From the IMG/VR virus record IMGVR_UViG_3300033047_000037: a DNA stretch of 64,000 nt, one strand, 5' to 3'. The notes under the pieces were generated by a model that was given only the letters and a program-made list of their open reading frames with translations, made no database searches and was not told the DNA's origin. The DNA comes from an uncultured virus (IMG/VR IMGVR_UViG_3300033047_000037) (lineage: Duplodnaviria > Heunggongvirae > Uroviricota > Caudoviricetes). Below, piece by piece: positions 50,148 through 56,764 of the stretch (the stretch's first letter is position 1; each line of letters opens with the position of its first letter). A program made the position numbers and the translations under genes.

Positions 50148-50480
50148 ATGAATCTGATCGAAACAGCCATCAAGAACATGGAAACAAATATCAAGGAGAG
50201 ACTCGCAAGCGGGAAGACCACGCAAGAACAATGCGATAAGATGCACAAGGATCTCGATATGCCTCTAGAAGACTTCTGCCTGTTTCAGGAAATGAAGTCC
50301 GTCGCATCAATGGATGGAACTCTCTCCCTCGATGCAGCGCAAACAGTCTACGCCCTTCTCGGAGAAGTCCCAGACACTTTCAACAATCGGTCCCTCGCCG
50401 AGAAGTATGTTCTAACCCAACTGCTAGGAGAATTGGCAAACAAACGAATCAAAGCCAAGCAAGCCGCACGATCAGCATAA
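50148..50480 (+). CDS. Cassette gene, hypothetical
   Basis: Promoter plus AGGAG. Confidence 0.75.
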   Translation: MNLIETAIKNMETNIKERLASGKTTQEQCDKMHKDLDMPLEDFCLFQEMKSVASMDGTLSLDAAQTVYALLGEVPDTFNNRSLAEKYVLTQLLGELANKRIKAKQAARSA

Positions 50481-50572
50481 CCAAGGATATCCCCACCTTG
50501 GGGGTATATGATACCTGTTAGATCGGTGCATATAATCAATTCACATGCCGTCAGTTCTGACAGTCATAGAGT

Positions 50573-50761
50573 ATGGATATGAGACCCCCCACGCATAACG
50601 GATTCGTACTGAGATACGACGGCGACATTTTTGCCGCTCGAACCAGCAATGAAATCACTTACGAATACTTCTGTTTGCTGGGTGGACTTTCTAACGACCG
50701 ATGCAGCAAGGTTACGCACAAGGGAGGGCGCATCTCATACCATCGCATTGACCGAGGTTGA
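50573..50761 (+). CDS. Cassette gene, hypothetical (leaderless)
   Basis: ATG at +33. Confidence 0.65.
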   Translation: MDMRPPTHNGFVLRYDGDIFAARTSNEITYEYFCLLGGLSNDRCSKVTHKGGRISYHRIDRG

Positions 50762-50813
50762 AACTTTCACATGCAGTAAAGCCCAAGCGCCAAGGTATAA
50801 CAAGGAGACAACT

Positions 50814-51107
50814 ATGGGATGCTCAGATGTAAGTTTCGATGTCGGCGACGAAACCATGACCCTCATGGAAGCTCGCAACAAAGTCGTCGAACTCATTGCT
50901 GAGTCAGCCCAGCTTGACGGAACTCGATACAGCGGAAACATCGGCTCTCTGTCCATCTCAGATTTCAACATCAGAGATACAGTCATGGAAGCTAAAGACT
51001 TCTGGGCCAAGAGCGAAGACATTGAGAAGTATACCGGCATCGTCCGCAAGGTCAAGACCGCAGAGCATGGCATCAAATGGATTGGCGCAGCCGCCTGTCC
51101 CTGTTGA
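50814..51107 (+). CDS. Cassette gene, hypothetical
   Basis: Promoter plus AAGGAG. Confidence 0.75.
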   Translation: MGCSDVSFDVGDETMTLMEARNKVVELIAESAQLDGTRYSGNIGSLSISDFNIRDTVMEAKDFWAKSEDIEKYTGIVRKVKTAEHGIKWIGAAACPC

Positions 51108-51155
51108 TTCACATGCAGTCAAGTTGCAGCGTCAAGTTATGAAAGGAGCAAGACA

Positions 51156-51308
51156 ATGAACAAACTTGCTGCAACCCTCGCATTCGTGACCATCATGACA
51201 GCCTCCCACGGTTGGGACCACAACCGAGCCGTGGAGGAAGGGAGCAACCTCATCGTGGACATGGACTGTACCCTGTCCGAAGCCATCCTCCTCTCCACTA
51301 TGGTATAG
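51156..51308 (+). CDS. 50-aa last cassette gene (absent from track)
   Basis: Promoter 51108 plus AAGGAG; MNKLAATLAF... Confidence 0.6.
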   Translation: MNKLAATLAFVTIMTASHGWDHNRAVEEGSNLIVDMDCTLSEAILLSTMV

Positions 51309-51739
51309 GGAGAGCCACCAGACACTTACTCCTGTAGAGGCCCCTGCCCTAGCGGTGGGGGTTTCTTATATTAATATATTTATATTACTTGTCAGATAGA
51401 TCGGTGCAAGCTATTGCTGCTGGGAAAATTGTTTTAGCATACCGCCCACCATACCCCCTTAATAACTTATAGGGACTCCTAGCCCTCCAGACGGGTACCC
51501 TAGAGGTAACTCCCCGCCTCTATAGGGGAGAAGCCCATTCGTTATTCTACAAACTATAGTTCTGGTACCCCCTACCCCCAAAGACCCCATACCCCCAAAA
51601 GTATTTAGGGACTATGCCGAAACAAAAGGGTCTAGGCCCACAAAAATTCCTGGGGAAAATTTCGAGCAACAACAAATCGTTATTTTGAGGTTATTGAATC
51701 AAACAAAGGATAACTGGCAAAAATCGCAAAAAGTATCTT

Positions 51740-52399
51740 ATGAATTGGTATAGAAAAATAACAGCAGGTGTAGTGGGGATCGACAGGTTCTATGAGTCTA
51801 TGCGTGGAACCTTGCAGAACATGATTCCTAACATAGGCAACATGTCATCAGACTACATATTCAAAAACCAAGAAGTTGACGATCCTATACGAACGCATCT
51901 GCGATGCATAGCTCCGTTTTCCAGTTCTTCATATCCTATCATGTATGCCCTAGAGGTCGATGGTTCATATGAGGAGAGCGAAAAGGAGAAGAATAGGTCT
52001 GGTACTCAAGAATTTGACACAGATGGTCCTACTGAGGGCGTGTCCTATGAAGTAATGCTTGGCGTCAATCTAGACTTCACAAAGAGGCTATTCAATGAAA
52101 GACCGGAAAGAAAAGCCAAGATCATGAGCCTCATTAATGAAATGAAATTGGGTTCAAGAGGATGGATGACCGTTCTCTATATGGAAGAAGCCTATTCGAT
52201 AATCGATGCATCGAAGAAGATTATGGATTTCGTAAACCGTTTCGAGAGTCTCATAGACAATGATAACGACTATGATGACAAGGAAGCGGAGCCTTGGTTC
52301 CCTGGCGACCCATCTGCTGAGTGGGATTTCGAGCAAGAGGAAGAGCGCCAGCTAGTAAGACCTCCAATACAGACTAACCTAAACCAGCAAAGTTACTAA
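51740..52399 (+). CDS. Hypothetical protein beginning MNWYR
   Basis: 219 aa ORF. Confidence 0.75.
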   Translation: MNWYRKITAGVVGIDRFYESMRGTLQNMIPNIGNMSSDYIFKNQEVDDPIRTHLRCIAPFSSSSYPIMYALEVDGSYEESEKEKNRSGTQEFDTDGPTEGVSYEVMLGVNLDFTKRLFNERPERKAKIMSLINEMKLGSRGWMTVLYMEEAYSIIDASKKIMDFVNRFESLIDNDNDYDDKEAEPWFPGDPSAEWDFEQEEERQLVRPPIQTNLNQQSY

Positions 52400-52607
52400 A
52401 GGCCCTAGTTATTTTGAGACTTTTGATTTGATAAAGAGCGTTGCCTCCTGTTTGGACAGGAAGTTCCTCAATTCTTGCTTGACTCCCATTTGCTTGAGAA
52501 CCTTCATCTGCTTACTGGTTGGTTTGGTAAGTTTCTGATACTTGGTGCCTGCTCTGGCTTTGGGCTTTGGTTTTTTCATGAGCAATGATGCCTTTATAAA
52601 AGAAGCC

Positions 52608-53177
52608 CTAGATAGCAGCCAAATCTCGCTGCTTCTCAAATCTCTCAATCACTATATTGGTAAGATTCGGATCCCAGGGACCACCGATGCTTCTATTCAT
52701 TTCACTTTCATACTCTTCAATAAGAATGTCTGTAAACATTTTTGCTCTGCTATCAGCAGGCGTGGTCTCTTTATAGAACTCTCGTGCTGTCATCTTGTAG
52801 TCGTTCGACCACTTCATAGGGATGTCTACGATAATTTGCGGAACAGAATATAGATTACCGTTCCACTCTATATCGAAATACCAACCTTTGTAGGTATGTT
52901 CCAAATCAGCAGATGTTACAATATTGTCGATTAGAAACTGAGAAGCGATTAGACAGCCTTTATTGGTAATGTTTCCATCTACCAGTCCTACTTCTTCGAT
53001 AAGCGGTGGAGAGGATGTATCGAACGGCATAGCAGCAAGAGGTACTCTTCGAAACCATTTCGGGTCATCAGTTGGTACTACTTGTCGAAATGCTACAAAC
53101 TGCAAATCTTCCAGGAAGCGGATACATTTGCCGTATGGTTTGGACATCTCTGCTTCTGATTTGATACGGAACAGCAT
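52608..53177 (-). CDS. Hypothetical protein
   Basis: 189 aa ORF; GAGG RBS. Confidence 0.7.
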   Translation of the reverse strand: MLFRIKSEAEMSKPYGKCIRFLEDLQFVAFRQVVPTDDPKWFRRVPLAAMPFDTSSPPLIEEVGLVDGNITNKGCLIASQFLIDNIVTSADLEHTYKGWYFDIEWNGNLYSVPQIIVDIPMKWSNDYKMTAREFYKETTPADSRAKMFTDILIEEYESEMNRSIGGPWDPNLTNIVIERFEKQRDLAAI

Positions 53178-53243
53178 GATACAACCTCTATAAAAGAAGC
53201 CCCAGGAAGGGCCTCTCGTGGAAAAGGATTTTCGCGGGTAGGG

Positions 53244-54233
53244 TTAGATAACAATCTTGCCATGGTTAGCGGCTTCTTCGGGCAGAGGGAACAATTCGAC
53301 TGGGTTCCCACGGCGCACGTTCTTGGAGGGGACTTCATCAAGGAATCGCCTCAGGCACCAGGCTGCATTTCTCTTTGTTTTCTTGCGGTCGGGTCCGGTG
53401 CTTCTCTTACGGTTAGAAGTCAGCAGGTACTCCTTGAAGATCATGGCTGCTGTATCTTCCTCGCCTGCTGGATAGTCAGTACCCTGGTAGATATTGATGA
53501 ACTTCTCAAGCCGCTCCAGCTTAGCAGGACTATCCTTGCAGTGGTAGTACGCACGAATAACGGCTGCAAGAACCACGTTACTGTTGTACGGAGCCTTCTT
53601 GAGTCTGTCGCAGACCCAATTCGCTGCATCCAAGTGGGTGTCGATGAAGATGCTCTGCTTCTCTCTTGGAGTGACACGCTTGATATCTGAAAACTCCAAC
53701 AGATAAGAAATCGCAGAAAGAACAGAATGACGAATATCCAACCCTCGAATAGCTGCCACATCTCTCGTGGAACGGCTAGCGCCTTCATCAAGAGAGAGCA
53801 GTTCTTCCTCGGTCGTGCCAAAGCGGATATAGAAATCAATGGTCTCGCCTGACTTCATGCAAGCGTGCATGCGATGTTGGCCGTCTCTCATGAAGCCGTC
53901 TTCATCGAAGTGGAGAGGGTTGACTAATTGCCAGTATCCCTCAGCCATAGACGCTGTGTACTTTCTGACATCCGTAGGACGCAAACGGCGGTTCGGCTTC
54001 GAGTGATGCTCAAGAATAGACTGAGCCATCTCTGGCGTAATGGTGCGTACAACGATATCGTCTGTACGAGGAGCGTCATACCAACTGCCTCCATTGTCAA
54101 AAACACGAATCCTATCATCTGGCCTTGAAGCCGTAGGACGGACAGATAAGGGAATGGCGGTCGTACTCGACAGCCCACTGAGGATTCGTGAGGCGTTGCT
54201 TGGCCCTTGGCGTTTTCTTCGTTTGGATGACAT
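53244..54233 (-). CDS. ParB/Srx-like N-terminal domain protein
   Basis: ITPEMA..IL...NRRL...DGQHRMHA; AGGAG RBS. Confidence 0.75.
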   Translation of the reverse strand: MSSKRRKRQGPSNASRILSGLSSTTAIPLSVRPTASRPDDRIRVFDNGGSWYDAPRTDDIVVRTITPEMAQSILEHHSKPNRRLRPTDVRKYTASMAEGYWQLVNPLHFDEDGFMRDGQHRMHACMKSGETIDFYIRFGTTEEELLSLDEGASRSTRDVAAIRGLDIRHSVLSAISYLLEFSDIKRVTPREKQSIFIDTHLDAANWVCDRLKKAPYNSNVVLAAVIRAYYHCKDSPAKLERLEKFINIYQGTDYPAGEEDTAAMIFKEYLLTSNRKRSTGPDRKKTKRNAAWCLRRFLDEVPSKNVRRGNPVELFPLPEEAANHGKIVI

Positions 54234-54371
54234 TGGCGGCTCCTATTGTGGAAAAGGTGTATGCCCCTATTATAGCAACCATTCTTTCACCCGATAGCAA
54301 CAGGGAAGACAAAAACAGTCCTAGACTGTGAATATCGCGCAAAGAGACTGAAATGGGTCGAAATTTTATGG

Positions 54372-54983
54372 ATGAAGAGATATCAGCACGCGCTCGACAA
54401 AGACAGCAAAGACAGCAATCTAGGCTACGCCTCCCAACAACTGGTTCTCGACTTCTTTAGAGACAACGGACTGCAATCAAATTTTTTAGAAGATGAAGAC
54501 CACGCCCGTAAGTTCGGCTCCCAGTTACTCGTGGATGACTCAAAGACTATGGTACTAAGCAGGTACCTAAGACACAGCCATGGCAAAAAGGGTCTGGGCT
54601 TCACAGTAGACAGGCACATATGGTTCAGGACTGGTAAAGGTATGAGATGCATAGATAGTCCACTCTGGAACACTGATGCAGAGATTATCGTCATGCCTCT
54701 TTGGACAATGGACGCTTGCGGTAAGAGAACGGTTGAGGGATTATTCTTTGAGAAGGAACAACTCTTTGAGGCGATGCTTCCCTGGGAGGAAACAAAGCTC
54801 CGATTCAGACCTGAAGACTATGGTTATACAAATCCATCCCAAGCTGCAATCGAGATGGAGGCTTACGTTTACAAGAACAGCATAATCAAGAATACAGCGA
54901 ATCGAGGGGTCGTCCCGCTCTACTATAAAGACATCCGCAAGTATGCTGCTCATACCCATGACCTATCAGGTTACATAGAATAA
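54372..54983 (+). CDS. Hypothetical protein
   Basis: 203 aa ORF. Confidence 0.7.
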   Translation: MKRYQHALDKDSKDSNLGYASQQLVLDFFRDNGLQSNFLEDEDHARKFGSQLLVDDSKTMVLSRYLRHSHGKKGLGFTVDRHIWFRTGKGMRCIDSPLWNTDAEIIVMPLWTMDACGKRTVEGLFFEKEQLFEAMLPWEETKLRFRPEDYGYTNPSQAAIEMEAYVYKNSIIKNTANRGVVPLYYKDIRKYAAHTHDLSGYIE

Positions 54984-55513
54984 AAAACGCGCACAAGTGA
55001 AGCTGAATCTTTCTTCTCTTTCACTGGTCCACAGTGGCCCCAAAAGCCGCATACGAGCCCAGGAAAGCGTAATCCACCTATGAGGTATAAAGATAGTACA
55101 TATATACTTGTTCTCTCTAGGATACTGGTATGACCTATATGGATACTTGTTTGTTCTGGAGACTGGAAAGAATTAGAAGACTGTTTATTCTTATGGCTTG
55201 AATAGGTATTATACGCACCCTGCGTAACTTTGCCCTTATGAACGTAAGAAGAGACGGAACGAGTAGGTTTTTTATTCTGTTGCGCGAAAAACGGCTGTTT
55301 TGGCATATGGGTATATTGGGGTAATGAGTATGTATGTTATGATTTCCTAATGAGGGGGTATGTACATTGAGTGAAAGACAGTAGTATACCCTTCTCCGAA
55401 AAAAATTAGTCGGCGATGATTAGCGATTTGAGCAATGCTCTACTTGGGATTGGGTAGTATTCGGGTAAGAGACGATATAAGCGATAGGAAAATAAAACAA
55501 AAAGGAGCAGGTT

Positions 55514-55723
55514 ATGAGAAATGAATTTGAAGTCGGAGACACCGTTTATCTCAAAAGCGGCGGGCCAATGTGGGTAATAGAGAGCATATCGGAAGCATCA
55601 ACACCAAAAGGAGCAACAACAGCCAAACTGGTCATGTTTAGTTTTGAGATTGGTGGCATTTATGACGTTAAAGTAGATACTCGTTGCATCGCATCAGAGA
55701 AACCTTCGGAGACATCAAGATGA
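55514..55723 (+). CDS. YodC/DUF2158-like small protein
   Basis: FEVGDTVYLKSGGP; AAGGAG RBS. Confidence 0.8.
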   Translation: MRNEFEVGDTVYLKSGGPMWVIESISEASTPKGATTAKLVMFSFEIGGIYDVKVDTRCIASEKPSETSR

Positions 55724-55980
55724 GAGCTTTTAGAATAAGATTAGATTACAGCGTCATCAACGAAACAGGCAACGGCGAGTGTGGCAGCGACTTGTTTTGT
55801 GTTATAGCAGAAACGTCCGAGCATGCTCGGGAGTATATTCTTCTCGACGAAGAGTTTAGAAAGAGGCTCAATCCCGGTAATGGCGAGCTAAGTATAGAGA
55901 TTCAGCAAATCGAAGATGTCGGCGAGGCGTTTAACGTAAACAGTCATGACTTCGGCAAAAATGAAGAAAATCTAACTTAG
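55720..55980 (+). CDS. Hypothetical protein
   Basis: ATGA overlap, GGAG. Confidence 0.65.
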   Translation: MRAFRIRLDYSVINETGNGECGSDLFCVIAETSEHAREYILLDEEFRKRLNPGNGELSIEIQQIEDVGEAFNVNSHDFGKNEENLT

Positions 55981-56300
55981 TGTTTGCTTTTATCTTGCAG
56001 CGATTTTTGTATTCTTTGAATTTTGATAGCTTGAACGTCGCCTTCGGTTTCTTTTTCCGTTTTGGCTTTTTCGTACAAGATTCTAATTCTTGAAGTGTTC
56101 ATTCCTACATTTTTCATAACATCGATGATTTGGTCTATTTTGTCCATATCTGTCAAAAGGACAGAAGGCTCATAGTCAAGTAATTTGCGTAGGTCTCCGA
56201 TTCGGAAATTGTCAGCATACATCTCATCGATATTATCTAACATTTTCTGTATAGCATCTTTGAACTTTTGTCTATGTTCTAAATTTTGGAAAACTTCCAT
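55977..56300 (-). CDS. Hypothetical protein
   Basis: ORF fills gap. Confidence 0.6.
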   Translation of the reverse strand: MEVFQNLEHRQKFKDAIQKMLDNIDEMYADNFRIGDLRKLLDYEPSVLLTDMDKIDQIIDVMKNVGMNTSRIRILYEKAKTEKETEGDVQAIKIQRIQKSLQDKSKH

Positions 56301-56349
56301 TGCCGATCTCTCTAAGAGGAGTTTGACCTAAAATGTCGAAAATCTTGGT

Positions 56350-56730
56350 ATGAACTGGTATCGTCTAACAAAGCTTCAGCAAAGTATCGATCTCCAGGAT
56401 GAGTATACCAACTATGGTCACAAGCTTACTGATGATTATTCCAACAAACTTCCAGAAGAATCTTTTGATGAAATGTGGATCTGGTCTGGAGGAAACTTCC
56501 AGAGACAAAGAGTGACTCGTGCCTTATCTAGGCATGACATAGCGTGGCCTGAGATAGACGAAGGTCGAGCTAACGAGAACATTCGTTTCTGGAAGGGCCG
56601 CTTTGATTCGAAGAGAAAGATAGTTACGGTTTTGGGTCCGATGGAACAAGGGATGAGAGATATCCCTTCCATAATAAGAAGAACCCTCGAACAATCTTAT
56701 CCTGGCGCTGAGATAAAACGATTCCAATAA
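56350..56730 (+). CDS. Hypothetical protein beginning MNWYR
   Basis: ORF track. Confidence 0.72.
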   Translation: MNWYRLTKLQQSIDLQDEYTNYGHKLTDDYSNKLPEESFDEMWIWSGGNFQRQRVTRALSRHDIAWPEIDEGRANENIRFWKGRFDSKRKIVTVLGPMEQGMRDIPSIIRRTLEQSYPGAEIKRFQ

Positions 56731-56764
56731 ATAATACAATCTTTTCGTATAAAAGGAAGCAAGA

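Larger units (their letters stand above)
4322..51116 (+). promoter_or_regulatory. Dispersed phage promoter TTCACATGC-N~16-CAA-N5-(+1), about 56 copies
   Basis: Copies at 4322, 7084, 8657, 10211, 11131, 13505, 15257, 20099, 22585, 23910, 24686, 25659, 26364, 27759, 28788, 29577, 30170, 30393, 31269, 32584, 33676, 34008, 34548, 35397, 36203, 36459, 37251, 38818, 39136, 39553, 40124, 40487, 41174, 41669, 41905, 42309, 42850, 43302, 43854, 44543, 45041, 45346, 45829, 46271, 46489, 46644, 47124, 47482, 48072, 48477, 48918, 49403, 50099, 50540, 50766, 51108; nearly all just upstream of gene starts. Confidence 0.88.
4811..51408 (+). repeat. Dispersed polar 11-mer AGATC(G/A)GTGCA, about 28 copies
   Basis: Copies at 4811, 5856, 5914, 6109, 11095, 14621, 29419, 34513, 35377, 38186, 38741, 40098, 41888, 42832, 43284, 43810, 44509, 45025, 45804, 46474, 47089, 47454, 47895, 48459, 49376, 49788, 50520, 51398 (a few are single-base variants). 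Confidence 0.92.

Noticed and set aside
4322..51116. TTCACATGC as a CRP-type palindromic operator
   Set aside because: It has only the TCACA half with no consistent TGTGA partner, and its fixed orientation and distance to ATG fit a promoter better.
6300..51300. Long minus-strand ORFs in the track (e.g. 11584-12237, 17532-18368, 34424-35116, 40739-41752)
   Set aside because: They are antisense shadows of well-supported plus-strand genes and have no motifs of their own.
38741..51408. Cassette array as a classical integron or CRISPR
   Set aside because: No attC GTTRRRY/RYYYAAC ends and no integrase in the window; cassettes carry their own promoters and the 'spacers' are whole genes.
54971..55510. 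ORF 54971-55306 (-) or an ncRNA in this gap
   Set aside because: No recognisable protein motif and no convincing structure; left unannotated.
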